Shown: positions 1 through 22,451 of the stretch, piece by piece
Layout: each line of letters begins with the position of its first letter
Numbering within the stretch: the first letter of the stretch is position 1
Assembly: GCA_033442325.1 (NCBI GenBank)
Contig: JAWQFM010000027.1
Location: forward strand, 412,728 to 476,727
DNA from: Salpingoeca rosetta
Taxonomy: Eukaryota; Protista; Choanoflagellata
DNA length: 64,000 nt
Direction: 5' to 3'
Notes under the pieces: generated by a model
What the model saw: the letters and a program-made list of their open reading frames with translations, nothing else
Told to the model about the DNA's origin: nothing
Databases searched by the model: none
Position numbers and translations under genes: made by a program

Positions 1-182
1 TCAACTCACAAACAGACACATGGCAAGTGACTTTGTGCATGTGTGTTAGTGAGTGGTGTAATGTTGTGAGTGAGTGTGACGGTGGAAGCGAGAAGGCGCA
101 TTGAATCAAAACGAAGCATACGCAATGTGCATGCCTGTGTGTGTAAACACGAGCTCACAACTAGCGCGTGTGTGTGCCGCAC

Positions 183-661
183 CTGTTGTAAGCGCTGGGC
201 ACGGTGGCGGGTGTGTTTGGTGAGATGACGGGTCCCGGGAGAACGCGGCAGATGGTGTTGCCTGGCGATGGGATTTGGTAGAACTCAGACGCCTCGCACA
301 GGCCGAGGTCGGTTGTGCCGGAGAGGCAGCGGCCGAGGCTGAAGCTCCAGCCGCAGCCGTCTGCATTGAGGCAGGCCTGACAGTCTGTGTGGGCGGCGCA
401 CGATGGGCAGCACGCATCCTCCAGCCAGTTGCCTGCGCACGTCGGCTGTGTTGCAGCCATGTGCGTGCGTGTGTGTGTTGTGTGTTGCATGAGTGTGGTG
501 GGTGTGAGGGATGATGTTTGATGAAGGGTGGGAGAACATACATGACATAGAAAGGAAAACAAGAGCACAAGCATGTGGCTGCCAACGCCTACTCACACAC
601 ACACACGCACTCTCTCTCTCTCACTCTCTCACACACACAACTCACACACACACACACACAC

Positions 662-739
<78 letters not shown>

Positions 740-2404
740 TGCAGGCGCGCGCACCTCTTCTGAGCGGGCGAGACAGCCGGAAGTGTCACACCAGCCGCAC
801 TGGGGGTCGAGAGAGCATTCTCCACATGACTGTGCATGTCGCAAACAAAACACCAAAGTGCACACAAGTTGATGTGGTGAGCAAAGAAGGAGCAACGGCC
901 TCACACAGGTGGAAGCCTGGACATGGAACCATGCAGAAACATGAGCATGAGTCTAGGCAAAAACATTCATACGCATGCAAACAGATTGAAGGCAAACACG
1001 CACATGACGCACACATGACGCACGCACGACCACACACACACACGACCACAAATCACGCATGCATGCATGCCTTCATGCGCATGGCGGGGCAATCAATCAC
1101 CTTGTCCCTGCAGTAGTCGTTGCAGGTAAAGGCGGAGACCTCCACGCCGTTTGCCAGCACCTCTGCAGCGTCCAAGTCCAGGAAGGACATGTCAAACGTG
1201 TCCGGGTTGAAGTTGCCGACACGGAAGTTGTAGATGTGGTCAACGACGTCATACTTGAAGTTGAACCGCCAGTTGGAGCGCGGGAGCTTCCCAAGCACGA
1301 AACCATCCATGCAGCACGATGCCTGGAAGTGTTGCATGCACATGTGGTGTTGATGGAACAGTCGGAGTGTGCAGGTGAGGTTGATTATATGTGTGTGTGT
1401 GTGTTCGGTTATTTTGAAGAAGTGCGCGGGCATACAATCAACAAGCACCCATTTCAGCAACACACTTCACACGCATCCATTTGGAGGCCCTAACCCAGAT
1501 TTGGTTGAAGTAGCCAGTCATGGTGTTTGGATCGAAGGTGTAGCAATCGGACGTGCTCTGCAGGAGACGAGGTGATGGTGGTGTGTGGTGTGATGATGTG
1601 ACGATGTGACACGCATGATGATGTTTGGTTGGATGTGTGAGTCGGAGTTGAGCATACGCGCCATTGGGGAGGAGGGATTTCGTCGCAGCTTGTGACTGTG
1701 GCGGTGTTTGGAGCTGTGATAAGACACATCAAAGCAGGCCAGACAGGCGCAGAAAAGATGATGCTGTTCCTCTTACCGTTGATCGCTCGCAGGTGCTTCG
1801 GTCCTTGTATCGTCCTGGATCATCTCCGAGCACGAGGTCCACGCCCGTGCCAATGAGATCTGTAACAGTCAACAGCGTGTGGTGCAAGGAAACCTTCACG
1901 TGAGCGTTTGTTGAATGGAGTGTATTTCAAACACCTGCGAGGGTAGCGATGCGTAACCTGCCAAGTACCCAAGTTCAAGCACACAAGTTCAAGCACTCGC
2001 GTTCAAATACCCAAGCTCATTCTCTCTTGCATGCAAGAAAACAGGTGGCTGCATCACCTGGGGCGTCGAGTTCGATGTTAATTTGGCCGCCAGATCCATC
2101 GCCGGCCCTGTCGTGAACGATAACGAACGAGACCTCGCCACAAAGTAGAGCAAGTCCGTGTTCTGAAGAAGGTGGTGAGCGGGCGGATTTCAGGTGGATG
2201 TTGAGCGAACAAATGAGTGCCGAAAGTGTTTGCGTGCACAAACACAAGCACGCACTGGCATCAACGCGTTCAGCACATGCCCATGCACAAAAAAGCAACA
2301 TGTACACAAACACACACACATACACACAAACACACAAACACACAAACACATACACACACATACACACACACACACAAACACATACACACACACACATACA
2401 CACG

Positions 2405-2457
<53 letters not shown>

Positions 2458-3680
2458 GCACACACACACACATACACACGCTTACACAAACACATACACA
2501 CGCACACACACACATACACACGCACACACACACACACAAACACACACACAAACACACACACACACATACACACGCACACACACACACACACAAACACACA
2601 CACAAACACACACACACATACACACGCGCACACACACACACACATACACACACACATACACACACACGCACACACACACACACACACAAACACATACACA
2701 CACACATACACACGCATGCATGTACGAGCTCACGCACAGGTTGTTCAAAGCCAGTGTTGCTCGCGTCGCTGTACGGTGCGTTGCCTGAGGTTCACAAAAG
2801 TAATGTGGGCCACGGTGGTGCCGATAGGCGTGTTCTCCGCAATACTGGCGGTATCAGGTAGCAGGGCTGTTGGCGCGTAGTTTGTATCTTCAACGTTGAC
2901 GCGCACAAGAAAGTCAGCCAACAGCTGGGCAATGGTGCCGTTGTTTTTTTTTTGCACACAGCAGCCTCGATGGCCGACCCATCCACAGGGACAGTGATGA
3001 GGGGCAGCGGGAAGCTGTTCTCTGGCACGCGCGTGGTGCCGAGGGAGATGCGTTCTGGCGGCCTGTTGGTGTCATCACTGCACGTTGGGCCAACCCACTC
3101 GCCGACACATGCGCACTCAACCGCGCCTGGGTTGCACTCGCTGATGTCGCGGCAGGCCAGCTCTGTGTCGGTGTAGGTCTGATCAGCCTGGCATGCGCAC
3201 ATGAACGGGGTCAATGTGAAGGGAATGGTGGGCGTGCTGCTGGATGTGGTGTTGTAGTAAATGACGATACCGGAGGCGCACGTGTACACCACGGGGTCTT
3301 TCCCATGACTAGGATGTCATGGTGGCTGCATGCGCGGTCGCTGGTGCTGGCATCGGCAGCGCTCATCAATTGTAAATGTCACGGCTATGGTTTGCCACAC
3401 GCTTGCGGTGTTGGGGATGCTGAACGTGGAGGTGGGGGTTGCCTGTCGCAGCCGTGTGCTAGAGTAGGCTGACGTTTCATTGAGAGTGAAAGACACGATG
3501 AAACTAGCGTGTGGCGTGCAAGTGCCGCACACGCAGTGTTGTTCGCACGCAGTGCTGTTCACACCCAACGGACGCGCACGCATCAAGATCTGCGCAGGCA
3601 GCGAAAGGCCAGGTCAGGGCCGTCCTGGCTCGTGGGGCTGCGCAACTCAGAGAGGCACTGGAGGACAGCAAGTATAGCAG
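183..3680 (-). pseudogene. Probably decayed multi-exon gene for a large extracellular protein (sushi/EGF-like, cadherin-like repeats, a 'WxxCCxDG' domain, PSI-like Cys repeats); continues off the left edge
   Basis: The 3' exons splice in frame at GT-AG: ...DDPGRYKDRSTCERST | STSDCYTFDPNTMTGYFNQIW | ASCCMDGFVLG...YCRDK | SCGECSLDPQCGWCD (PSI) | PTCAGNWLEDACCPSCAAHTDCQACLNADGCGWS (PSI). Upstream are cadherin signatures (DTNRPP..VPENS; VEDTNYAP..IAENTPIGTTV) and EGF pieces (CRDISEC, CACVGEWVGPTC, CADLDAC). Frame breaks at ~2140, ~2790 and the T-run 2944-2953, plus truncated repeats. Confidence 0.65.
663..738. repeat. (CAA)n microsatellite, intronic
   Basis: Perfect trinucleotide run; it generates the poly-Q/N/T/C/V artefact ORFs. 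Confidence 0.95.
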
Positions 3681-5210
3681 CCGTGTTGATGGCTGTTCGC
3701 GCTGTCTTTGTTTCATCGATGAATGTGGATTACGCGAGGGGCGCCTGAGCGTTGCTGCTGCTGCTGTTGCTGTTGTTGTTTGGCATGCAGTTGTGCTGCA
3801 AGCACCATGCTCACGTCGATCGCACACGACCACAGAGGAACCTGGCTGTGAAATGTGCTGAGCTGGATGCAGTAGACACTGACGGTGTGTGTGTGTGTGT
3901 GTATGTGCCGGTGTCAAGTAGCGCAGCTGCCAGCGAGTGCAAGGTGAATGCAAGTGCATGTGTGAATAGCTTTGTGCATGTGTGATGGGCGTGTGTATGT
4001 GTTGTATGTTTGCGTGCGCGTGCGCGTCTGAATCATAGGATCATGGATGTGAACCCAAGTGAGCGTGCCAGAAGACATGTAACTTGTGGTCGTGGTGCTT
4101 ACTGGAGGAAGCGGTGGCGTATCGTGGCGTGACAGGCGCGATGGGAGTTCCCAAGCGTGTGTTCAGTAGCACCCCCTACAATATCCATGACAGCATTATG
4201 TGTGACAACAAACCCAAGCCACACAAAGAAGTCAGGACAACCAATTGGCCATGTGGACAGTGCAATGCAGTCTTTGGTCAAGGTTGGTGCTGCAGCAAGA
4301 CCCCTCCACATAGCGACAATGGCATCCGTATCCACCACCACTGGTCTGCAACCCAACAACGTCGAGGTACCCGTGCACGTGCTGCATGTTGTCGTCCCAC
4401 CCCCCCCCCACACACACACACCGTAGATCGCAGAGGTGGGCGCGTCTCCAAAATCCTTCACGCGAAATGCCTCTCATCGCTGCGAACTGCGTAAGATTTC
4501 CACGAATTTTCCCAAGTAAACATGGCGAAGCACTGCAAGCAAGCAAACATGGGCTGCTGCTGTGTTGCCACACGACCAGCTGGTGAACAGCGCAGGTCGA
4601 CGGAAGCGACGCGCACCCCAACAACGACGCCGACAATCACACCAGCAGCAGCGGACTGCCAGCACCAGCACCCGATACCCACGTGCATGTGATGGTCAAG
4701 CGCTCCTTCTTGCAGCCCGTGTCGGCCACATGCTATGATGCGTCGTGCAGCCGCCCTCGCCAACAGCCGCAGCTCACGGTCTCCGGCTGCACCTCCATCG
4801 ACCCCATCCCGCCTCTCTGACGGCGCTTTCGCCGACCCGTTGCATCTGCACTGCTGGTACCCCTGCGCGCGCAGCACAACCACCATCGTCAACATCATCA
4901 GCAGCATCAACCCATCGCCGCTGGGCGAACCGTCACGACCTCTCGCCGCGGCCGCTGTCGTCATTCTACCAACTGCCACCGGACATGTTGGAGGCGAAGC
5001 GGTTTGGTGGGTATCTTGATATCTTGATGTGTCGATTCGAACATCGCACCATTGCTGTACTTGTGTGAGTGTGTGTGTGTCTGTGTGTGAGTGTGTGTGC
5101 GCGCGTGTGTGCTTTTCTGTTTTGTTTTTGGTTTGCTACGGCGCGATGTCGTACGACCGCTGTGACTTTGAACCGTGCTCATTCTGCACTCATCACCACC
5201 GTGCATGCAT

Positions 5211-5274
<64 letters not shown>

Positions 5275-5286
5275 CACACAACACAG

Positions 5287-5925
5287 GCCGCTGCTGGCGA
5301 TGCTGGCGACACCAACGACGGCAACAACAACGACAACAACATCAACAGCGTCAATGACGACGGCAACAGCGATAACGATGGCTGGAACCAACACCCACTC
5401 GAGCGCAGCCCGATGATTGGTGCGCATGCGAGCCCGTTTCCCTCATGTGCCTGTGTCTGTGGTATTGTGACACCGAGTGCGAGTTTGAGGTTGGCATTGT
5501 GTACACGCGGGTGCATGCTTTGCACGTGTACATCGTTGTGTGTGCGTGCATACGGGCGCGTGTGCGTATGTGTGCGTGCGTGCAGGTGTTTCATGTGCGT
5601 GAGCGCATGTTGCTTGTCCTCGTCATCGGGTGTGAGTAGCTCACCTGTCTCTGTTACACATTGCAGGGGTGCTGTGGAGACGATCATGGTGATGATCAAC
5701 TCTATCATGGGCCGCGACAGCAGGCGCTCTTTGCTCCACATCATCGTGAAGAAGCGGTGCGTACACCTGCCACATTTAATTCACATGCTGTGCTGTTTCA
5801 CCTTCACACACACGCACACACACACGCACACACACACACACACGCACACACACGCACACGCACGCACACGCACACACACACACACACACACACGCACGCA
5901 CACACACGCACGCACACACGCACGC

Positions 5926-5971
<46 letters not shown>

Positions 5972-6151
5972 GCACGCACACGTCCCTTACTGCTGCAAAC
6001 CACAATCATCGCTGTCGTGTGTTCTGTTGTACCAGGCCCATCGGGTGGCTGCTGTCGCTATTCCCTTTTCCAACAGCAGAATCTTGCATACACAGCTGCA
6101 CTCATCCAGGATCGAGCGGGACCGACCGCGGTGCCGCCACCACACATACAG
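5287..6151 (+). other. Exon-like fragments of an unassigned, possibly relict gene
   Basis: Three non-repetitive blocks (~5287-5419, ~5667-5756, ~6036-6151) flanked by CAG/GT sites and separated by CA-rich intron-like DNA. No recognisable domain or convincing joined ORF. Confidence 0.2.
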
Positions 6152-7881
6152 GTGGGGCGTGTGGCTGTGAGTGATCTGGTGGCGCTTGCACTTCCGACTA
6201 ATGTGCTTGCTCTGGCCATGCCTGTTTATGCACGTGTGTCGCCTCCCACCTATGTGTTTTGCACACACACACAACACACAGACACAACACACACACATGC
6301 ACATACACACATACACACACACACATACACTCAGCGGTGCTCAGCACTCAGGAACAGATTAGGATATCCTGGACCAGCTGCACCGAGAGCATGCACAGCG
6401 CCTGACGCGCGCAGATGCGATCAAACGAATGGTGCAGGAACGACAAGGGCAACAGCAGCAGCAGCCATCACCACCACCACCAGCAGCAATAGGAACAACC
6501 ACCGCAAGAGATGCCATTTCTCGCCCAAACTCTCTCTGCATCTTATGCACACCCCGTTGATGACCTCACACCTGCGATCATGCGCATCATTACTGACTGG
6601 ACAGCCAGCAAAAAGCACAACCACTCAAGCCTCCACGGCTCTCACACACACGCACACACACACACACATATGGAGTCAACCACAACAGCCCCAGCTGTCG
6701 CTGCGGTGCCAACTACCGCTGGCACCAGGGTCGACTGAGGCTGTCGATTGGAGTGGTTGACTGTCTGGAGGAACTACTGGCTTTGGATGCACCCCCCCCC
6801 ATCGCGGCCGACGCTGAAGGCGATATCTGATTGACGCCCTGTCCCTGATCGATGCCCTGTCTCTTTGCTGTCACTGTTCTCGTTGCCGTCACGGTTGTCG
6901 TGCGCGTGTCCATTGTTCCCAACCAATACAACGTCCAACAGTGCACAGCCCCCCGAACAAGATAAACATATCCCCTCAACAGGGAGGGTTCATGTCACAA
7001 GCCCCCAGACCACCAAGCAGATTTTTCCTCGCAATGAAGCCGATATCATCGGGAAGCTCTCCGTGTGCCCGAGAACATCCTGCTCTCCGCAACACCCTTG
7101 CAAATACACGATACTTGGCTTCAACTCCTGTGACGAAGGAAAGGCGAAAAGAGAGTGTCCTCCTCTCGTTTTTGTTTTTGTGGCTGGCAACGAGCGCACT
7201 GCAGTTTGTGCTGTGTTGTTAAATACTGACATATTTGTAGCACATAGTGCCTGTTTATAACCCGGTAGCAGAAAACTGGGGTGTGTTATTGGCGAATTGT
7301 CGTCGTGTGGGGGTTCCCAGATAGTTTTTGCCGTGTGCAGCACAAAGGCAGGCAAACAGCAAGAGGGCCTTTTACTCCCCACCCAGTCAGCTGCACGTGA
7401 ATCCCACCTCCACACAGCGCCTCAGAGTGAGTTGCAGTGGGAATGCGATGGAGCGTGGGTGGGTGTTGGTGCGAGTGTGTGTGTGCGGATGGGGCATGAT
7501 GGGGCATGATTGGTGTGGATGGCGTGTGCTGTCGTGTGGTGCCGTCGTGTGGTGCCGTCGTACGGCATACGTGCAGCACGGTGACCTGCAAATGATGCCA
7601 TGCATGACACGAGCAACAACAGCAACTCCTTCAAGCGCTCTGGTGGTGCCGCTGAGCTGGCGGCTCGTGAACATCTGCTGCATGGTGGAAGACCAGTGTG
7701 AGAGGGCCTTGGGGAAGGTGAACCGAGAAGCGAAAGGGGGAGGAGAAGGGGTGAGTGCGGCGCCACGCCGCGGAAGCGGGTTGTGCACTCAACCCCATGT
7801 CCACACACGTGTTTGCGACTCACTCACCACGTGCCCGCTGTTTTTTTGCACGACACACCACACACACACACACACACACAG

Positions 7882-8881
7882 ATGCCGCCCAAGGTTGATG
7901 TTAAGAGACTGCAGGCTGCCCGCCTCGGTGGCAAGGTGTGTTAGCCGTGCGCGTGCTTGCATGTGCATGTGCATGTGCAACAAACATGCACACGTGCCGG
8001 AGATGCGTGCGTGTGCAGACAGTTTTTTTTTTCCTCGCTCTCGCTGCTCCGTGCCGCTCCGTGCGTCACTGCTCTAGTCTCGCTGCTCTGATGCAACCCT
8101 TTCCTCCACACACACACACACTCTCTCTCTCTCTCGCGCGCGCACACACTCGCACTCTCTGTCTGTCTCTCTAACGCTCGCTTCCCTTCTCAACTCGTGC
8201 GTGACTGCGTGCAGGGCACCCCCCGCCGCAAGAAGAAGCGCGTTCACAAGTCCACTGTCACGGACGACAAGAAGCTCATGGGCACGCTCAAGAAGCTCGG
8301 TGTCAACCCCATCCCCGGTGTTGAGGAGGTCAACATGATCCGTACCGACGGCAAGGTCATCCACTTTGACAAGCCCAAGGTGCAGGCCGCCATTGCTGCC
8401 AACACCTTCAGCATCTCCGGAAACTCACAGGTCAAGCCGCTCAGCGAGCTGCTCCCGGGCATCCTGCCCCAGCTCGGCCCCGAGAGCCTGGCTCACCTCA
8501 AGACGGCTGCCAGCAGCCTCGGACGTAAGTCTGGAATGCTTTTCTTGCGCCTCTGTGCAAATGGTGGGGGAGGGGCCGGCAATGAGTGTGCACGAGAGGA
8601 GGGCGCTTCAGGAACACAGTGTGTACGCGCGCGAGTGCGGGCGGGGCGTGTTTGTTGTGTGAACGACAAAGTGCGTGCCGTGCCGCTCAAACTGCCTTTG
8701 CGCTCACCCGTTTCTCACGTTTCCCAACCTGCTTCCACATCATCATGCAGTTGACAGCAAGGGTGGCAAGGCAGCAGAAGCTGCTGTTGCTGAGACGAAC
8801 ATGGAGGATGTTGATGGCGATGATGATGATGTTCCCGACCTCGTTGAGGGCGAGAGCTTCGAGACTGCAGCAAGCAAGTAA
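7882..8881 (+). CDS. BTF3: Nascent polypeptide-associated complex subunit beta (BTF3/EGD1); exons 7882-7935, 8215-8524, 8751-8881
   Basis: Spliced product [18 protein letters not shown]|[12 protein letters not shown]...[17 protein letters not shown]...[21 protein letters not shown]...LPGILPQLG...[10 protein letters not shown] matches NAC-beta hallmarks; splice phases are consistent. Confidence 0.95.
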
Positions 8882-9602
8882 ACGTGACCCGCCTCTGCTT
8901 TTGTTAGGGTGAGAACCGTGTGTGCTGACGCCTCTGCCCATGGTGCTGTCGGGGATATGCCGCGTGTGCGGTGCAATGGCGCTGGTCGACGGTGCTGTTT
9001 GTGACGTTCATTGCGTTGTGTTGAGGCAGCACTCCCATGGCAGTCGCTCTCGTCTCCTTTCTTCTCTCTCTTTCTTTCTTGTTCCCACTTCATGTGTACG
9101 TTTGTGGCTGATTGGTCGGTGTATGCCGTGTGGTGTTAATTGCCACTTTGCTGTCCTCCCTCTACATGTTGTACTGTGATGGAGAGTGGTGGTTTGGTTG
9201 TATTTCAGCGTGTGTCTTGTCTGCGCGTCAGTGTGAGGTGGGGACACGGCAAAACACCATGCTCCTGCACCTTCCTCTTTTTGTTTGGGGGGGTGGGAAC
9301 AGGTATCAAAACCAAAATCCATAGTAAAACCCTACAAAGACACGCAAGCTGTCGAGATCAAGTGCTTGTGACATGTTGATGTAGCGCGTGTGTCACAGAT
9401 GTTGTTTACTCAGGAGTTGTTGGGAAGGGAAAAGGACCGGGGGAGGGGGCGGAGGGTCACATCAACACCAGGGCCGATGAGGCACCAGCATAGCAATGCG
9501 TGCAACCCGTCCAAACCACAGAAACAAAGTTGGAAGGGTTGACATGGCACGCAAGCTTGCGACGCAGCGAATGCGCGAGCATTGCATTGTTACACAGCGT
9601 GC

Positions 9603-13828
<4,226 letters not shown>

Positions 13829-13988
13829 GGTTGCAGTTGAGACGGAGGCGGAGATAAGGGGAAGGGAAGGGGGGTCGTGCAAGAACAGTGGACATGCAAA
13901 CAACACGCGGAAATTGCAACATTCGCAGCCAGTGGTTGTGGAAATTTGGTGGAAGATACTAGAGAATTATCGGTGGCAGTGGAAGGTT
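13829..13988. promoter_or_regulatory. Likely bidirectional promoter (CNDP2 / RmlD-like gene)
   Basis: Only ~160 bp between divergent start codons; no motif identified. Confidence 0.45.
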
Positions 13989-14715
13989 ATGGGTGGCCGT
14001 TGTTGGCGCTTGTCTGTTGCTGGCATCATGCTGAACATGCTGGCTGCGGTGCTGTTGGTGGTGTGTGCTGTCGTGTTGGTGCGTGTGTCGCGTATCCATG
14101 TGGTTGACGACTGGAACGAGGAGCCTGTGCTCTCTGTTCTCATCACAGGCGCAAATGGCTATGTCGCATCTCACGTCATCACTGTACTCGACAACCAGGT
14201 ATGATGACATGTTGCTGCAGTTTGTGTTTGCTTGTGTTTGTGGATGTGTGTGTGTGTGGATATATGTGTATGTGTGTATGTGTGTGGATGAGTGTGTATC
14301 TGCCTGATCGACCGCGTGCCTTGCTGGCCTGCTTCACTTACCCTGACGTAATTGTTTCACGCTCTGCCACTCTTGATTGTTTCACAGTGGCGCCATGGAA
14401 AGCTGAGGCTGTGGGCATCTGGGCTTCCCCCTCAAACAGTACTGACAAACCCTCGTGAGTTGGCTCTCCGATCTCCCTTTTTATCCTCTGTGTATGTGTG
14501 CGTGTGTGTTTGATCCGACTGCACGGCATACTGTCAACATTCAAGGACCTGTGTTTTGCATGATCCCGTCTCTGTGATAGATCTGGACGTGCTTCGAGAG
14601 CGATTGGAACTGAAGGATGACAAAGGCATCCAAGACGGCGTTCGCGCCTTTGACCCAGATCTCATCCTCCACTTTGCCGCCATGAGCTCTGTGAGTTTTC
14701 TGTCTGCGTGTTTTG

Positions 14716-14750
<35 letters not shown>

Positions 14751-15721
14751 GTGTGTGTCTGTGTCTGTGTCTGTGCCTGTGTGTGTGAGTGTGAGTTTGC
14801 GCTTTTGCTCGTTGATCCTAACAATCAACCAATCTTCTTTCACACTCACACTCACACGCACGCACACACCCTCTACTCCTCAACCAACAAACTTGCAGAC
14901 CTCTCTATGCGCCAGCAATCCAGACTTGGCATGGAACATCAACGCGGAAGGCACGCGTCGCCTTGCGCTCGCCCTCACAACAACACACAAATCCACTACA
15001 GCACACCAACAACAACAGCAGCAGCAGCAGCAGCATCCGCTGTTTGTGCTTATATCCACGGACTGGGTGTACGATGGGACCGCGGCCAATGTGCGTGAAC
15101 ACGCGCCCGCGCCTGGCTTTGGCGTGTACGGGCAGACCAAAGCGGCTGCGGAGGAGGCAACGAGCAGCGTGCTCGGTGAACACGCGCTCATCCTGCGAAG
15201 TGCGCTTGTGTTTGGCCCACCCTCGCTTGTCGATGCCCGGCGACGCTCCACGCTTGGCTGGATGGCAGACGCGCTCCGTAACTATGAACGCATCACCGCT
15301 TACGAGGACGAGTACAGAACCCCGGTGTACGTCGGCGACATTGCTCGCCTCATGTTGCACATCATCAGAAGTACTGCAGCCGCACGCGCGCGCATTGGTA
15401 GCGGTGATGGTGGTGATGGTGGTGCTGCCGGTGGTGGTGGTGATGGTGGTGATGTTGGTAGTAGCGGTGATGGTGATGAGATGAGGAGGGGGGTGGCGGC
15501 ACATGTGCGCCGTGCGAATCACCCGTGGTCGCACGTCTTCCAAGGGCTGGATCGGCAATTTGGGACAAGCACCGAGGGTGACACGAGGAGTGGGCGCCGT
15601 GCGCTTGTGTTCAATATGGGCGGTGCGGACCGGGTGTCCAGGTTTGAGTTTGCCAAGGTCGTGGCGCATGTGCTGGGGCGCGGCGACTATCTCATCACGC
15701 CAGCATCACTCGCCGCCATGC

Positions 15722-15783
<62 letters not shown>

Positions 15784-15900
15784 CGGCAGCAGCAGCGCCC
15801 GCCTGATGTGAGCATGGACAGCAGTGCGCTGTGGTCGGCTATTGGCTTTGCACCGACGCCCCTCAAGCAGGCTGTGATACAGAGTCTCGCTCAGGAGTGA
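13989..15900 (+). CDS. RmlD (dTDP-4-dehydrorhamnose reductase)/MAT2B-like extended SDR with N-terminal hydrophobic segment; exons ~13989-14198, 14388-14454, 14581-14690, 14899-15900
   Basis: VLITGANGYVA (Rossmann), PDLILHFAAMS, AWNINAEGT, LISTDWVYDG, YGQTK (YxxxK), DEYRTPVYVGD, SRFEFA, RPPDVSMDSS. Splice phases are compatible. Start could be 13989 or 14028. Confidence 0.85.
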
Positions 15901-16279
15901 TTGTCGCAGTGGCTGATGCTTCTTGCTGTGGTTTTAATTGATGCGGAATGGTTGAGAGTTTATTGTGGAAACTCTTACATTCCCCATTTGATGTGGAGAG
16001 TGCATGGCCGAGATGTACGTACTGGGTTAAGCATTATTGTTCAAAACACTCAAGAGTGGAATATGCTGTGCTAACTGACACGATAAAAGAGAACGCTTGT
16101 TAAGGCTCTACCTCCCAGTCTTGCTCACGTCTCAAGCGAATATTGGCAAGCAAGCGATAAGAGATCAAACCACACACACATACACATGTACGCGCTCACA
16201 AGCACACATGTGCAGCCGTGACACACACACACACACACAAAACGCGCGCACGTTCACATTCACGCATGTTCCCGTGCCA

Positions 16280-21511
<5,232 letters not shown>

Positions 21512-22113
21512 CAAAGGCGGTGTCTGTGTCTGCTGACTGTGTTTGATTTCTGCTTGGTTGCACACGAAATGACGCCATTGTGCGACGAGATGACGAAGTG
21601 TCTGTGTGTGTGTGTCTGTGTGTGTGTGTGTGTGTGTGTGTCTGTGCGTCTGTGTCTGTGTCTGTGTCTGTGTGTGTGTGATAGTCAAGCATGCATCCAC
21701 ACATTCATCCATATTCATACGCGCACGCGCGCGCACATTGCTACGTGCAACCACGACTGCATGTGGATTGTATTGCAAGGTGGAACAAAAGGCGGCCGGA
21801 AGGCTGCGGAACGTAACGAGGAAGCAAACACAGGCAAAAGAACAAGAGCAAGGACGTTGACGGTGGGCCAACCAAGCAAGCAGCCAATCGGTCACACAAC
21901 CTCACGAGGCAAAGGTCATCAGGACAGCATCGCATGGGGTACACCAAATGCGCTGTCATGCCGCCGCCATCGAACGAAACACAAGCGCAAGGTTTCACAC
22001 AACACGAAACACACGCGAGCGCACACATGCGCACACAACACATACAAACACTCACACCAGTCACACCCACACCACTACCATCACGATTCATGGCAGCAGC
22101 AGGAGCAGCAGCA

Positions 22114-22383
22114 TCACGGGGAGAACGCCATGCGCTGGTGCGCGGCGGCGCGGGCCGGATGGGCCAGGGCGTGGGCGTGGGCAGCAATGTCTGGGGAGCA
22201 CCAGTCCTCACACAGCGGGTTTGAGGGCAGCTCAAAGGTGGACGCGGCTTGCGGACGCACGTTCCGCTTGTCAAGTGCCCACTCCAGGAAGTACGCGCCG
22301 CCGTTGTGGTAGTGCACATCCTCGCCCGTCTGATGTGTTGACAGCAAAGAGAGACAGGGGCAGAGGGAGGGAGGGAGGGAGAC

Positions 22384-22451
<68 letters not shown>

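Noticed and set aside
2190-2880. Many long ORFs of HTHTHT/VCVCVC type here and throughout the window
   Set aside because: Translations of intronic (CA)n/(GT)n microsatellites, which contain no stop codons.
4084-5068. Coding-looking ORFs on both strands, including an ankyrin-like ALLLAARVGH fragment
   Set aside because: Short, interrupted by stops, strand ambiguous, no consistent domain.
6940-7350. Repeat-free, compositionally distinct block as a possible transposon remnant or solo LTR
   Set aside because: No terminal repeats, target-site duplication or transposase/RT similarity visible.
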